Positions 9,131 to 19,875 of a stretch of DNA of 64,000 nt are shown here, piece by piece. The translations under genes were made by a program, and so were the position numbers. The DNA comes from Candidatus Methanomethylicia archaeon (GTDB lineage: Archaea; Thermoproteota; Methanomethylicia; Culexarchaeales; Culexarchaeaceae): positions 1 to 64,000 of the forward strand of contig JAVYVS010000005.1 of assembly GCA_038727515.1 (NCBI GenBank), written 5' to 3'. Positions within the stretch are counted from its first letter, which is position 1; each line of letters opens with the position of its first letter. The notes under the pieces were generated by a model, which saw nothing but the letters and a program-made list of their open reading frames with translations, searched no databases and was not told the origin of the DNA.

Positions 9131-9208
9131 GGGCCCGTAGCTCAGCCAGGACAGAGCAGTGGGCTCTTAACCCATTGGTCGCGGGTTCAAATCCCGCCGG
9201 GCCCGCCA
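9131..9208 (+). tRNA. tRNA-Lys (CTT), CCA encoded
   Basis: GGGCCCGTAGCTCAG...GTGGGCT-CTT-AACCCAT...GTTCAAATCC...GGGCCCGCCA; TTTATAA box at 9102-9108. Confidence 0.97.
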
Positions 9209-9332
9209 AACAACAAAATGTTGAATTAAAAACTATCGTGTTTTAGGGTAATATTATAAATCTATTACTTTAAGAAACGTATTTATAGGTTCACTTATTA
9301 ATATTCTTTTGAGCTTAATTGCGGTGTATACT

Positions 9333-10358
9333 ATGAAACCAGTCAGAGTTGTTGTTATGGGTATTGGAGCAATTGGGAAAATGCTAACGAAAGAATTGTT
9401 AAATAAACCTGGATTTGAAATTGTTGGTGCAATTGATATAGATCCAAACAAGGTAGGAAGAGATGTAGGTGAAGTTATTGGTTTAGGTAAAAATATTGGT
9501 GTTATAGTTTCAAATAATATTGATGAAGTTCTTAAAAATTCAAAACCAGATGTAGTTATACACATGACTTCATCATATCTTAAAGACGTTTATCCACAAA
9601 TACTTAACATAGTTAAATATGGTGTAAATGTAGTGTCATCCTGTGAAGAATTAAGTTATCCATTCATAGTTGATGCTCAAATTTCTAGTAAACTAGATGC
9701 GGAAGCGAAACGTTATGGGTCAACAATATTAGCCACTGGGATAAATCCTGGATTCTTGATGGATACGTTAGTTATAACATTGACTGCACCTTGTATAAAA
9801 ATTGAAAAGATTAATGTTACTCGACATATGAATGCATCTATTAGGAGAGGTCCTTTCCAAAAGAAAATAGGTGCAGGATTAACTGTGGAGGAGTTTAAAA
9901 ATAAACTTTATACAAAAGAAATATCTGGACATGTTGGTTTAGAGCAAAGTATAGCACTTATAGCATCAGCATTAAAAGTTAAACTGGATAAAATTTTGGT
10001 TAATGAGGTTGAGCCTATAATTTCTGATAAATATGTTAAAACAGAACATGTAGAGGTTTTCCCAGGATATGTAGCTGGTTTAAAGCAGGTGGCTCATGGA
10101 ATTGTTAATGGTAATATCTTCATAACATTAAACTTTATAGCTTATGTGGGAGCAGTAGAAGATTATGATGCAATAGATATAATTGGTATTCCTGAAATTC
10201 ATGAACGTATCTCTCCATGTGTACATGGGGATTGGGGAACTATATCAATGTTAATAAATGTGATCCCTAAGGTCATAAAAGCTCCTCCTGGACTCTTAAC
10301 CATGAAAGATATTACAATTCCCCATTGTATAATTAGTGATGTAAGAGATTACCTATAA
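9333..10358 (+). CDS. DapB-like NAD(P)-dependent dehydrogenase (2,4-diaminopentanoate dehydrogenase Ord / COG3804 family)
   Basis: GIGAIG Rossmann motif, SSCEEL, TGINPGFLMD, KKIGAG, GHVG, APPGLLTM. Confidence 0.8.
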   Translation: MKPVRVVVMGIGAIGKMLTKELLNKPGFEIVGAIDIDPNKVGRDVGEVIGLGKNIGVIVSNNIDEVLKNSKPDVVIHMTSSYLKDVYPQILNIVKYGVNVVSSCEELSYPFIVDAQISSKLDAEAKRYGSTILATGINPGFLMDTLVITLTAPCIKIEKINVTRHMNASIRRGPFQKKIGAGLTVEEFKNKLYTKEISGHVGLEQSIALIASALKVKLDKILVNEVEPIISDKYVKTEHVEVFPGYVAGLKQVAHGIVNGNIFITLNFIAYVGAVEDYDAIDIIGIPEIHERISPCVHGDWGTISMLINVIPKVIKAPPGLLTMKDITIPHCIISDVRDYL

Positions 10359-10407
10359 TAATCGTCATCTTTTTTAATAGGTCACATCAAAAATAACTAC
10401 GAAAAGT

Positions 10408-11037
10408 ATGGCGGGAATAGAGTTTAAACCTACGAGAATGGAGCTTTTAATATTTAAACGTAGATTAAAATTGGCTCAAAGAGGACTTGAATTACTTCGT
10501 GAAAAACAAGATGCTCTTATTATGGAATTTTTCGTAACTGTTCAGAAGTATAGGAAGTTGAGAGAATCAATACTTCCATTGCTCTCAGAAGCTTATTCTG
10601 CACTTGCAAACGCAGAAGTGGAGATGGGCGCATTAAAACTTGAGAGAATAGCTGAAGGTATATCTGACTCTATATTCGTAGAAATTAAAACTAGGAATAT
10701 AATGGGTGTCTCTGTACCTATCATAGAGGCTAACTTTAAACCTATACCTAGACCTTATAGTTTAACTGATACATCAGTATACCTTGAAAGTGTTTCTGAA
10801 AAGTTTTCTCAAGTGCTTCCTCTAATCATAAAGTTAGCTGAAACCAGTGCTACATTGACAAAATTGGCAGAGGAGATAAAAAAGATACGTAGGAGGGTTA
10901 ATGCATTGGAAAATATTATAATACCTAAATTGAATACGATAGTCAATTATATTGAATTTTACCTTGAGGAAAGGGAGAGAGAAGATATTTTTAGGTTTAA
11001 GCGTATAAAGAAAAGGATTGAAAGTAAATCTCAGTAA
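10408..11037 (+). CDS. atpD: A/V-type ATP synthase subunit D
   Basis: PTRMEL, LLREKQDAL, NIMGVSVP, RRVNALE, LEEREREDIFR. Confidence 0.95.
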   Translation: MAGIEFKPTRMELLIFKRRLKLAQRGLELLREKQDALIMEFFVTVQKYRKLRESILPLLSEAYSALANAEVEMGALKLERIAEGISDSIFVEIKTRNIMGVSVPIIEANFKPIPRPYSLTDTSVYLESVSEKFSQVLPLIIKLAETSATLTKLAEEIKKIRRRVNALENIIIPKLNTIVNYIEFYLEEREREDIFRFKRIKKRIESKSQ

Positions 11038-11044
11038 TAGAAGA

Positions 11045-11431
11045 TTATTTATTAGCATCTCTTTTTGATGCAGTTAATGTTAATATTGCTTTTGCAAGGT
11101 CTCCACCTACTTGCTTCAAGACTCTTTTAGCATCATCTAAACTCACTCCAGCCTGCATAGCTACTAGTTGGGCATCTTCATCTGATATTTCGATTTCTTC
11201 AAGAGGTTTAGCTACTTCTTCTTTCTTTTCCACTATAATTTTTTCTCCGGAAACTTGAATTATCGTTTGTTCACCAATCCTTATCATAGATACAGTTGGG
11301 GATGGAATTCTTAAATTCTCTTGTTTTTTTACTATTATTACCTCTTCCACTTCCTCTACTTCATTGACTTCCATCCCCATTTTTTGCATTATTCTTCTCA
11401 TTTCACGAGGGGAAATTTTCCTAATTTTCAT
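11045..11431 (-). CDS. nac: Nascent polypeptide-associated complex protein
   Basis: PREMRRIMQKMG N-terminus; C-terminal UBA-like (LVAMQAGVS...GDLAKAI). Confidence 0.93.
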   Translation of the reverse strand: MKIRKISPREMRRIMQKMGMEVNEVEEVEEVIIVKKQENLRIPSPTVSMIRIGEQTIIQVSGEKIIVEKKEEVAKPLEEIEISDEDAQLVAMQAGVSLDDAKRVLKQVGGDLAKAILTLTASKRDANK

Positions 11432-11915
11432 TCACCCCTTTTCTAACTTTTACAGCTATCCCCCTCTTAAACAATATCATCTCTTCCCCATTTAATATTG
11501 CTTTTCCTACAGCTAGTAATTCATCATTTTCATCGACAATAATAACCTCACTTCCCGGTCTTATCTCCGGGTCTGCATCTTTTATATGTTTAGCAAATAC
11601 ATTCCTACCCCTTTTTATAATTTCTTTAACATCGTTTACTACGATGACCCTCATTTTTGGTGGTTTAACATTTCTCCTAATCATATCTGCTCCATGAATT
11701 GTTAGAGAAATCCACCCGTCTCTCGCCCTGATAGTTGCTATAATTTTTCCATTCCATTTTATGTTTCTTATTTTTCCTGTCTTTTTTGATTTCTCTATTT
11801 CTATGTCGTCTGGGAATATAATGTTTCCTATACCTTCTCCAAATTGATAATCTGCAATTTTCTTCAACTTATACTTTTCATATTCATATCTGTTCTGCTC
11901 TTTTGAATTCCTCAT
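11421..11915 (-). CDS. PUA-domain protein (stand-alone archaeosine TGT C-terminal-like module)
   Basis: IADYQFG, SKKTGKIR, GRNVFAKH, DPEIRPGSEV, AVKVRKG. Confidence 0.88.
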   Translation of the reverse strand: MRNSKEQNRYEYEKYKLKKIADYQFGEGIGNIIFPDDIEIEKSKKTGKIRNIKWNGKIIATIRARDGWISLTIHGADMIRRNVKPPKMRVIVVNDVKEIIKRGRNVFAKHIKDADPEIRPGSEVIIVDENDELLAVGKAILNGEEMILFKRGIAVKVRKGVNEN

Positions 11916-11921
11916 AATTCC

Positions 11922-13133
11922 TCAACGATATATTGTTAATTGTTCTTTAGTTTTTTTCCTAATTTTCATTATTGCATTCATGAAATCATCCATAGTCACT
12001 TTATCTCCTCCTCTTCTTATTGCATTCATTCCCGCTTCTGTACATATTTTCATTATATCTGCACCAGTCATATTTTCTGTTTCTTTCACGAGGTCTTTAA
12101 TTGAAATTCCATCATCAAGACGCAATTTTCTCATATGTACCATAAATATTTTCTCTCTTTCTCTCTCATTTGGTAATGGTATATGAATGATTCTATCAAA
12201 ACGTCCAGGACGTAAAAGTGCTTCATCTAATATGTCAATCCGATTTGTGGCTGCAATAACCTTTATATTATCCCTTGGGTTAAATCCATCTAATTCATGT
12301 AAGAGCTGAGCTAGTGTTCTATGAATTTCTCTTTCACCACTCGTGGCGTCTTCCAATCGTTTAGCACCTATTGCATCAATTTCATCTATGAATATTATGC
12401 TTGGTGCTTTTCTCCTAGCAAGCATGAATAGTTCTTTTACTATTCTTGCACCTTCACCTATATATTTCCTCACAAGTTCTGAACCAACAGTCCTTATAAA
12501 GGTCGCATTTGTTTCATTTGCTACTGCTTTTGCTAATAATGTTTTTCCACATCCAGGTGGTCCATAGAGTAAAACACCTTTAGGAGGAGTTACGCCTATT
12601 CTCTCAAATAATTCTGGATGTTTCAATGGAAGTTCAACCACTTCTTTTATCTCTTGTTTTTGTTCTTCCAATCCACCTATATCATCATAGGTTATATTCG
12701 GCTTTTCAATTACTTCCATAACTTGTACATAAGGATCCTCTGTTTGTGGTAATATTTCAACTACCGCGAAATTTCTTTGGTTTAATGCTACCCTCATGTA
12801 TGGTTTAATTTTTTTCACATCAATCTCACCAGAAACTTGAACTATTAAATTCGGTCCGGTCGTACTTTTTACTATAACTCTTCCATCACTTAGTATATCT
12901 ACAACATATGCTTCAATTAGTGGCGGTGTCTTCATTTTTTCTAGTTCACTTCTTAAATAAGCTATTTCCTCAAGTAGTCTTTCTCTTTCTATACTCAAAC
13001 TTTTTAATTCTTCTTCAATCTTCATTAGCTTCCGCTCTAAATATATTATGTACTCCTCTGTATTCTGATAATTTTTAAGAACGCTATTCTCGCTTTGCGC
13101 TCTATATGTCATATTCTCCATTTCTTTATACAC
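11922..13133 (-). CDS. pan: Proteasome-activating nucleotidase
   Basis: Coiled coil, OB domain, [26 protein letters not shown]-terminal HbYX (IYR). Confidence 0.97.
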   Translation of the reverse strand: MYKEMENMTYRAQSENSVLKNYQNTEEYIIYLERKLMKIEEELKSLSIERERLLEEIAYLRSELEKMKTPPLIEAYVVDILSDGRVIVKSTTGPNLIVQVSGEIDVKKIKPYMRVALNQRNFAVVEILPQTEDPYVQVMEVIEKPNITYDDIGGLEEQKQEIKEVVELPLKHPELFERIGVTPPKGVLLYGPPGCGKTLLAKAVANETNATFIRTVGSELVRKYIGEGARIVKELFMLARRKAPSIIFIDEIDAIGAKRLEDATSGEREIHRTLAQLLHELDGFNPRDNIKVIAATNRIDILDEALLRPGRFDRIIHIPLPNEREREKIFMVHMRKLRLDDGISIKDLVKETENMTGADIMKICTEAGMNAIRRGGDKVTMDDFMNAIMKIRKKTKEQLTIYR

Positions 13134-13226
13134 TTTTGTTGGAAATTAAAATTTCGTTTGGTAGAGGGGATAAAGTGGAAGTACAAAATAAATATAACCA
13201 TTCCAAACATTTATTTTGGGATTCCT

Positions 13227-13739
13227 TTGTCTTGTGAGCTATGTGGAAATCCCCTCCTTGGAAAGGGGAAAAAAATTATGATTTCTGGAGCAATATTGAA
13301 TGTATGTGATAATTGTGTAAAGTATGGGACTCCAATATATATTCAGCCTAAAAAGAAGTTTAATAACATTACTAAAAGTAAGGATATACTTCAAAAACTA
13401 CCTAAGAAATTAGGCAAGGATGCTGAGTATGAAATTATCGATGATTATTCAAAAATAATTAAAAATGCAAGGGAAGGTATGGGGTGGACCATTGATTTAC
13501 TTGCTCAACAAGTACATGAGAGAGTTTCTATAATTAAAAAGATTGAAAGTGGTAAAATGGTTCCATCAATAGATTTAGCAAAACGTTTAGAACGAGTTTT
13601 AGGAGTAAAATTGCTAGTCCCCCCTATTAAAGACACCGGTTTGAGTAGTTCTTCCACTAAAATAGATATGGACATTACCTTGGGCGATGTTGCTGAGATA
13701 AGGTTTAAAAATAAAAGAAATGAAAAATCGATTAGTTAA
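13227..13739 (+). CDS. mbf1: Multiprotein bridging factor aMBF1
   Basis: CELCG...CDNC Zn ribbon, HTH, TLGD motif; likely TTG start at 13227 (the ORF track start overlaps pan). Confidence 0.92.
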   Translation: MSCELCGNPLLGKGKKIMISGAILNVCDNCVKYGTPIYIQPKKKFNNITKSKDILQKLPKKLGKDAEYEIIDDYSKIIKNAREGMGWTIDLLAQQVHERVSIIKKIESGKMVPSIDLAKRLERVLGVKLLVPPIKDTGLSSSSTKIDMDITLGDVAEIRFKNKRNEKSIS

Positions 13740-13761
13740 TTCATTTTTTTGTTTTATGCTT

Positions 13762-14844
13762 TTACTTACATACTTTTTCGTTTATCTTATTAACAAGGAG
13801 ATCCAAATTTTTTCCTTCTTTTGCACTTATTGGTATAATTTCTGTGAAAGGGAAAAAATATTTAATTACTTTCATTCCTTCCTCAAGTTTTTCATGACTT
13901 ATTAAATCTATCTTGTTTAATGCTATCATTAAATCAGTATCTGGAGCTACTTTATTTATTATATCTTTTGATGTTCTTATCTTTCTTTCGATTTCCTCTA
14001 TTTCCTCAGATCCATCTACCACTAAAAGTATTAAATCTGAAAGCGCTAATTCATGTAATGTAGTGTAAAATGCATTTAATATTATTGGATGCATATCCTC
14101 TATGAATCCTATGGAGTCTATGATTATCAAATCTTTGTTTGTAGGTACCTTTATTCTTCTTGCATATGTTAGCAAAGTTGTAAAGGGGCCTAATCCCACA
14201 GGTTTACTTTCTCGTGTCAATTTATTGAATAATTCCGTTTTTCCAGCTTGCGTATATCCAGTTAGAATTATTTCTGGAAAGCCTTTTTCCTTTCTTCTGT
14301 TAATCATGTAAACGTTTTTGCTTCTAATTTTTTCTAGTTTTTCTTCAAGTAGCTTTATCCTATCTATTATGTGTTGTCTATAGATTTTATGTAGATACTC
14401 TCCTAAAGCTCCCCACCCAACTTGTTCTCCATATACATCCCTAAATTTCAAGTGCTCTTTAACCCATGGAAGCATATAATGTAACCTTGCTAATTCTATC
14501 TGCATCTTTGCTTCTGAAGTTCTACTTCTTTTTTCGAAAATCTTCAAAATTAGTATATTCCTATCAATAACATCAACGTCCCAACCTACTTCTTTTCTTA
14601 TTCTAAATGCTTGATTTGCCTTTAAAGTATTTGAAAAGATTATTGTCTTTACATTTTCCCTTTTTATAATATCTTTTAATTCTTTTAATTTTCCTTTCCC
14701 AATGAGATAAGCTGGATCCGGATTTCTCCTTATTTGAATAATACTGCCAATAACCTCATATCCAATACCTTCAGCCAATTCTTTTACTTCACAAATCTTC
14801 GATCTTTCATTGAATCTTCGAACTTCCATTATGATTGCTCTCAT
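13762..14844 (-). CDS. hflX: GTPase HflX
   Basis: IGKGK, IDRNILIL.IF, QIELARL; G motifs GYTQAGKT, FTTL, DSIGFI, NKID, SAK. Confidence 0.9.
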   Translation of the reverse strand: MRAIIMEVRRFNERSKICEVKELAEGIGYEVIGSIIQIRRNPDPAYLIGKGKLKELKDIIKRENVKTIIFSNTLKANQAFRIRKEVGWDVDVIDRNILILKIFEKRSRTSEAKMQIELARLHYMLPWVKEHLKFRDVYGEQVGWGALGEYLHKIYRQHIIDRIKLLEEKLEKIRSKNVYMINRRKEKGFPEIILTGYTQAGKTELFNKLTRESKPVGLGPFTTLLTYARRIKVPTNKDLIIIDSIGFIEDMHPIILNAFYTTLHELALSDLILLVVDGSEEIEEIERKIRTSKDIINKVAPDTDLMIALNKIDLISHEKLEEGMKVIKYFFPFTEIIPISAKEGKNLDLLVNKINEKVCK

Positions 14845-14914
14845 TTTTTATTCTTCACTATACTAAAATTAGTAAAAAGTAAATTTAATATATTTATGTC
14901 GTTTCTGATATATA

Positions 14915-15445
14915 GTGTTTGATGTCTACGTATTAAGAATTGGACATAGGCCTACTAGAGATAAGCGTATAACTACACATGTTGGTTTAGTTGCAAGAGC
15001 TTTTGGTGCAAAAGGAATAATTTTGGATTGTAATGATAAAGCAGTTTTTTCCTCTCTCTCTTCAGTATGTAAAAGATGGGGAGGAAATTTTTCAGTTAGT
15101 TTTACAGATGATCCATATAGCTACTGTAAAAATTGGAAAAATAGTAATGGAGAAATCATTCATCTAACTATGTATGGCATTAACCTTCCATATGTAATTA
15201 ATGATATTAAAAATAGCAAGAAAAATAAACTTGTTATTGTAGGAGCAGAAAAAGTTCCAAAATTTTATTATGAAATTGCCGATTGGAATGTTGCTATTGG
15301 AAACCAACCTCACTCAGAAGTATCAGCACTTGCCATTTTTCTTTTTGAACTTTTTGATAAATGGGTTTTTTACTGTAATTTTGAAGATGCTAAAATTAAG
15401 ATAATACCATCATCAAAAGGTAAACTTGTTATTAGAAGCTCATAG
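14915..15445 (+). CDS. trm56: tRNA (cytidine(56)-2'-O)-methyltransferase
   Basis: LRIGHRPTRDKRITTH, HLTMYG, GAEKVP, NQPHSEV. Confidence 0.96.
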   Translation: MFDVYVLRIGHRPTRDKRITTHVGLVARAFGAKGIILDCNDKAVFSSLSSVCKRWGGNFSVSFTDDPYSYCKNWKNSNGEIIHLTMYGINLPYVINDIKNSKKNKLVIVGAEKVPKFYYEIADWNVAIGNQPHSEVSALAIFLFELFDKWVFYCNFEDAKIKIIPSSKGKLVIRSS

Positions 15446-15484
15446 GTTATTTAAGATTTAAATTTATCTTCTTATTAATATGAA

Positions 15485-16039
15485 ATGCAGAAAAGAGGGT
15501 GTATAGATTTGTATGAATATTATGAGTCTACACCACTTGATGAAAGTTTTATGGAATTTGTTAGAGAGCTTTGGGGTGATGAAGGGGTAGCTATAGTTTC
15601 ATTTCTATCTGAGAATTTTGATGTTACCGATGAAATGTTGTCACAAAAAACTGGGATAAAACTTAATGATGTTAGAAAAATTCTGTATTCACTTTTTGAT
15701 AATCAATTAGTATCGTATAAAAGGATAAGAGATAAATCTACTGGATGGTTCATATACTTATGGCGCCTTAATAAGGATAATGTTGAATACGTCATAAATA
15801 CGAAAAAACGCGCAGTATTAGAGAAGTTAAAAGAAAGATACAAATACGAAACACAACATGTGTTTTTACATTGCCCTAAAGACAACAATAGATATTCCTT
15901 TGAAGAAGCTTTAGAAAATGGGTTTAAATGTAGTGTATGTGGAGGTAACCTTGAAACATTTAATAATAGTTTAATAATTCAATTCCTTGAAAGGAAAATA
16001 AAAGAACTTGAAGAAGATATTTCAAAGAGTCAGTCATAA
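15485..16039 (+). CDS. tfe: Transcription factor E alpha
   Basis: Winged helix (TDEMLS...VRKILYSL, GWFIYLW) plus Zn ribbon F.CSVCG; start may be a downstream TTG. Confidence 0.93.
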   Translation: MQKRGCIDLYEYYESTPLDESFMEFVRELWGDEGVAIVSFLSENFDVTDEMLSQKTGIKLNDVRKILYSLFDNQLVSYKRIRDKSTGWFIYLWRLNKDNVEYVINTKKRAVLEKLKERYKYETQHVFLHCPKDNNRYSFEEALENGFKCSVCGGNLETFNNSLIIQFLERKIKELEEDISKSQS

Positions 16040-16069
16040 ATATATGTCGTTAAACCACATTATTATTGT

Positions 16070-16143
16070 GGGCGGGTCGTCTAGTTGGTTAGGATGTCGC
16101 CCTTACACGGCGGTGGTCGTGGGTTCAAATCCCACCCCGCCCA
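16070..16143 (+). tRNA. tRNA-Val (TAC)
   Basis: GGGCGGGTCGTCTAG...TCGCCCT-TAC-ACGGCGG...GTTCAAATCC...CCGCCCA. Confidence 0.96.
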
Positions 16144-16215
16144 TATACCTCTTTTACGAAGAAAAATTAAATAGTAAGTTTTGATGATTTTGTTTACAGC
16201 ATTTGGTGTCGATAC

Positions 16216-16662
16216 TTGTCGTTTAAACATATTGTTCGAATTGCAGGTCAAGATTTGGATGGATCAAATAAAGTAGTTTACGCTATATCGAGAATTAAAG
16301 GTGTTGGTATTAATCTCGCTTATGTTATCACTAGGTTAGCTGATGTTTCACCAAATGAGAGGTTAGGTTATCTACCAGATGTTAAAATTAGAAAAATTGA
16401 AGGTATTATTAATTCATTATCATCTCAAAATATTCCTTCGTGGATGTTAAATAGAGTTAAGGATCTTGAAACTGGCGAAAATAAACATTTAATAGGGTCA
16501 GATTTGATTCTGAGGATAAAATCCGACATTGAATTTATGAAGAAAATTAAATGTTGGAAAGGTATTAGACATTCCCTAGGATTAAAAGTAAGAGGTCAAC
16601 GAACTAGAACAACTGGGAGAACAGGACAAACTGTTGGTGTTTCACGTAAACCTAAAGGGTGA
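16216..16662 (+). CDS. rps13: 30S ribosomal protein S13 (uS13)
   Basis: [27 protein letters not shown]. Confidence 0.97.
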   Translation: MSFKHIVRIAGQDLDGSNKVVYAISRIKGVGINLAYVITRLADVSPNERLGYLPDVKIRKIEGIINSLSSQNIPSWMLNRVKDLETGENKHLIGSDLILRIKSDIEFMKKIKCWKGIRHSLGLKVRGQRTRTTGRTGQTVGVSRKPKG

Positions 16663-16666
16663 TAAT

Positions 16667-17188
16667 ATGGGTGATCCTAGACGTCCAAAAAATAAGTGGA
16701 AGAGCCCCCGTCATCCATGGGATAGAGAATTACTTAAAGAGGAACTTAAACTAGTTGGAGAATATGGTCTTAGAAATAAACGTGAATTGAGAATAGCAAA
16801 AACTATATTATCAAAATTTAGACAGCAAGCAAGATCTATGCTAGCATTACCTCCAGAGGAATTATCTATAAAACGTAAGGAATTAATAGGTAAATTATCT
16901 AGAATTGGATTATTACATGAAGATAGCTCTATTGATGATGTCTTAGGTTTAAAAGTAGAAGATTTATTGGAACGACGTTTACAAACGGTTGTTTATAGGA
17001 AAGGATTGGCGAAGACTATTCATCAAGCTAGACAACTTATAGTACATGGACATATATCAATTAATGGTAGGAGGGTTACAGTTCCAGGATACATTGTTAG
17101 CAGGGAGGAAGAAGATAAAATCCATTACTCATATGATAGTCCTTTTGCATCGTTAGTTAATAAGAGTAGTGAGGGGGTACAACTATGA
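16667..17188 (+). CDS. rps4: 30S ribosomal protein S4 (uS4)
   Basis: [31 protein letters not shown]. Confidence 0.97.
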   Translation: MGDPRRPKNKWKSPRHPWDRELLKEELKLVGEYGLRNKRELRIAKTILSKFRQQARSMLALPPEELSIKRKELIGKLSRIGLLHEDSSIDDVLGLKVEDLLERRLQTVVYRKGLAKTIHQARQLIVHGHISINGRRVTVPGYIVSREEEDKIHYSYDSPFASLVNKSSEGVQL

Positions 17189-17580
17189 TTAGTAAAGATC
17201 TGCTGTGGGGGGTAGCTCATATTTATAGCTCTTTTAATAATACCATTATTCATATAACTGATATATCTGGATCTGAAACTATAGCATTAGCTTCTGGAGG
17301 TATGGTTGTAGAAGCCGATAGGGAAAAGCCTTCTCCATATGCGGCTATGCAAGCAGCCTTTAAGATAGCGCAAATAGTTAAAGATAGGGGAGTTAAAGCA
17401 CTTCATATAAAGGTTAGAGCTCCTGGAGGACACGGTCCTAAAACTCCAGGTCCTGGAGCCCAAGCTGCAATCAGAGCGCTTGCTAGATCTGGCTTCATTA
17501 TTGGTAGAATTGAAGATGTAACTCCTATTCCTCATGATACTACAAGAAGACCTGGTGGTCGTAGGGGTAGAAGATTGTAA
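17185..17580 (+). CDS. rps11: 30S ribosomal protein S11 (uS11)
   Basis: [32 protein letters not shown]. Confidence 0.97.
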   Translation: MISKDLLWGVAHIYSSFNNTIIHITDISGSETIALASGGMVVEADREKPSPYAAMQAAFKIAQIVKDRGVKALHIKVRAPGGHGPKTPGPGAQAAIRALARSGFIIGRIEDVTPIPHDTTRRPGGRRGRRL

Positions 17581-17595
17581 CTTTTGGTGTTATTT

Positions 17596-18426
17596 ATGGT
17601 TGCACCTGTTGAAATAATTGAGCTTAATGATAGAAAAGCGAGATTTATACTTAAAAATTCCTATGTAGCATTTGCAAATGCTTTAAGAAGAATAATGATA
17701 TCTGAAGTTCCAGTTATGGCTATAAGTGAATTTGCTATATTAAATAATACATCCCCAATATATGATGAAATCCTTACTCATAGACTATCACTCATTCCTC
17801 TTACAACGGATCTTGATAGATTTAATTTGCCTGAAAAGTGTACGTGTGGTGGTGTAGGTTGTTCACGTTGTCAAGTTACTTTAATTTTGGATGTAAAAGC
17901 AGATGAAGAGCCTAGAACTGTTTACTCACGAGACATAGTATCAAACGACCCTTATGTAAGACCAGTAAGTGAAGATTTTCCAATAGCAAAATTATCTATT
18001 GGTGATGAAATCTTAATAGAGATGTATGCAAGACTTGGGAAGGGTAAGGATAATGCAAGATTTCAACCTGTTTCTGCTTGCGCATACAAGTATTTACCTA
18101 ATATAATTGTCAATACTTCTTCATGTAAAAAATGTAGATCTAATGGGAAATTAACGTGTGTAGATGCGTGTCCTAAAGGGGTTTTAGATGTGGGTGATAA
18201 CGGATTCCCATATTTACGTGAACCATTGGGTTGTAATCTATGTAAAGCATGTGTAGAGGTATGTGAATATAATGCTATTAAACTTGAACCAGATAATAGG
18301 TCTTTTGTTTTTTATATTGAATCTACAGGATCTCTCCCTATATCGAAGATCGTTTATACTGCTGCGACAATTCTTGCTGAAAAATGTGATGATTTTTTAA
18401 TAAAGCTTAAAGAGGTGATGAAATGA
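17596..18426 (+). CDS. rpoD: RNA polymerase subunit D (Rpo3) with ferredoxin-like domain
   Basis: ANALRRIMISEVP, DEILTHRL, ESTGSL; CKKC...CVDACP and CNLCKACVEVC. Confidence 0.96.
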   Translation: MVAPVEIIELNDRKARFILKNSYVAFANALRRIMISEVPVMAISEFAILNNTSPIYDEILTHRLSLIPLTTDLDRFNLPEKCTCGGVGCSRCQVTLILDVKADEEPRTVYSRDIVSNDPYVRPVSEDFPIAKLSIGDEILIEMYARLGKGKDNARFQPVSACAYKYLPNIIVNTSSCKKCRSNGKLTCVDACPKGVLDVGDNGFPYLREPLGCNLCKACVEVCEYNAIKLEPDNRSFVFYIESTGSLPISKIVYTAATILAEKCDDFLIKLKEVMK

Positions 18427-18788
18427 AGAAAACAGGTCCTACAAATGTAATTTTACGTAAAACTATATCATTCTTAAGGAAGAAGTCTATTGAAAATAAT
18501 GCTAAAATATGGGAATATATTGCTGATAAACTTGCAGCTCCAAGAAGATCAAGAGTTGTTGTTAATGTAGGGAAAATAAATAGGTATACTGTTCCTAATG
18601 ATGTTGTCGTAGTTCCAGGTAAAGTCCTTGGTGCAGGGACTATAAGTCATTCAGTAACAGTTGCTGCTTTCTCCTTCTCTAAATCAGCCTACGAAAAAAT
18701 AAATAAGGCTGGTGGTAAATGCATTAGTATAATTGATCTGGTTAATATGAATCCAAAGGGATCTAATGTGAAAATTTTGGGGGGATAG
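18423..18788 (+). CDS. rpl18e: 50S ribosomal protein L18e
   Basis: TGPTN, VNVGKINR, VPGKVLG. Confidence 0.96.
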   Translation: MKKTGPTNVILRKTISFLRKKSIENNAKIWEYIADKLAAPRRSRVVVNVGKINRYTVPNDVVVVPGKVLGAGTISHSVTVAAFSFSKSAYEKINKAGGKCISIIDLVNMNPKGSNVKILGG

Positions 18789-18790
18789 TT

Positions 18791-19231
18791 TTGGATAAAA
18801 ATATTGTGGTAGTTGATGCTGAAAATATGATTTTAGGTAGACTTGCAAGTGTTATCGCTAAACGTTTACTTCAAGGTGAAAAGATTTTTGTTGTTAATGT
18901 TGAGAAAACTGTTGTTTCAGGTAATCCTCAAAGTATAATTGAGGAAAATAAGAAACTATTGAATTTACGTACCTTGAGGAATCCAAGTAGAGGCCCTAAA
19001 ATACATAGGTCTCCATGTATGATATTCAAAAATGCTGTTAGAGGTATGCTTCCTAAGAACAATAATAGAGGTCGTGAAGCTATTAGAAACTTAAAGGTTT
19101 TTATAGGATTCCCAGAAAAATATAAAAATTATAACGTTATTAAATTTGAGGATATTGACGCAAAAAATTTGTCTGGAAAGTATGTTTATTTAATCGAAAT
19201 TTCAAAGCAATTGGGGTGGACTGGTGGTTAA
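18791..19231 (+). CDS. rpl13: 50S ribosomal protein L13 (uL13)
   Basis: [18 protein letters not shown]. Confidence 0.96.
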   Translation: MDKNIVVVDAENMILGRLASVIAKRLLQGEKIFVVNVEKTVVSGNPQSIIEENKKLLNLRTLRNPSRGPKIHRSPCMIFKNAVRGMLPKNNNRGREAIRNLKVFIGFPEKYKNYNVIKFEDIDAKNLSGKYVYLIEISKQLGWTGG

Positions 19232-19643
19232 CTTGTCAAATGATAAAGTATTGGTGACAAGTGGGAAAAGAAAGAAGGCAATTGCAAGAGCAGTTTTTAG
19301 ACCAGGTAAAGGTAGAATTTATATTAATGGTATTCCATTACCACTTTATCAACCTGAACTTGCAAGATGGAAAATACTTGAACCGATAAAGTTAGCTGGA
19401 GATAAACTAATAGATCAAGTTGACATTGAGGTATCAGTTAGAGGAGGGGGTTTCATGGGGCAAGCTGATGCTGCTAGAATGGCAATAGCCCGTGGTTTAG
19501 TTGAATGGTTTAATGACGATAATTTGAAGAAGATTTTTCTGGAATATGATGAAACTATGTTGAAAGGTGATAGTAGAAGGACAGAACCTAAGAAATTTGG
19601 AGGTCCATCAGCTCGTCGTAGATTTCAAAAATCCTACAGGTAG
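19224..19643 (+). CDS. rps9: 30S ribosomal protein S9 (uS9)
   Basis: [29 protein letters not shown]. Confidence 0.97.
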   Translation: MVNLSNDKVLVTSGKRKKAIARAVFRPGKGRIYINGIPLPLYQPELARWKILEPIKLAGDKLIDQVDIEVSVRGGGFMGQADAARMAIARGLVEWFNDDNLKKIFLEYDETMLKGDSRRTEPKKFGGPSARRRFQKSYR

Positions 19644-19652
19644 GTGTCAAAT

Positions 19653-19871
19653 ATGTATCCCATCAGATGTTTTACATGTGGTGCCCCAATAGGAGATAAA
19701 TTTGAGAAGTTTAAGTACTTAGTAGATTCTGGAGTACCAATATCTAAGGCTTTTGAAATTCTTGGAGTCACTCGCTATTGTTGTAGAAGAATGTTATTTA
19801 CACACATAGAGTATATTGATGATATAATAAATCTTGATGTGTTATACATGAAGAGAAAATATAAGAGGTGA
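19653..19871 (+). CDS. rpoN: RNA polymerase subunit N (Rpo10)
   Basis: PIRCFTCG, RYCCRRM. Confidence 0.96.
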   Translation: MYPIRCFTCGAPIGDKFEKFKYLVDSGVPISKAFEILGVTRYCCRRMLFTHIEYIDDIINLDVLYMKRKYKR

Positions 19872-19875
19872 TTCT

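Noticed and set aside
19641-19655. In-frame stop junctions (rps9 TAG then rpoN; ecfA2 TGA then ecfT; rps28e TAG then rpl24e) as possible Pyl/Sec readthrough fusions
   Set aside because: The upstream proteins end at their normal C-termini, the downstream genes have their own SD and start, and I saw no SECIS or pyl genes.
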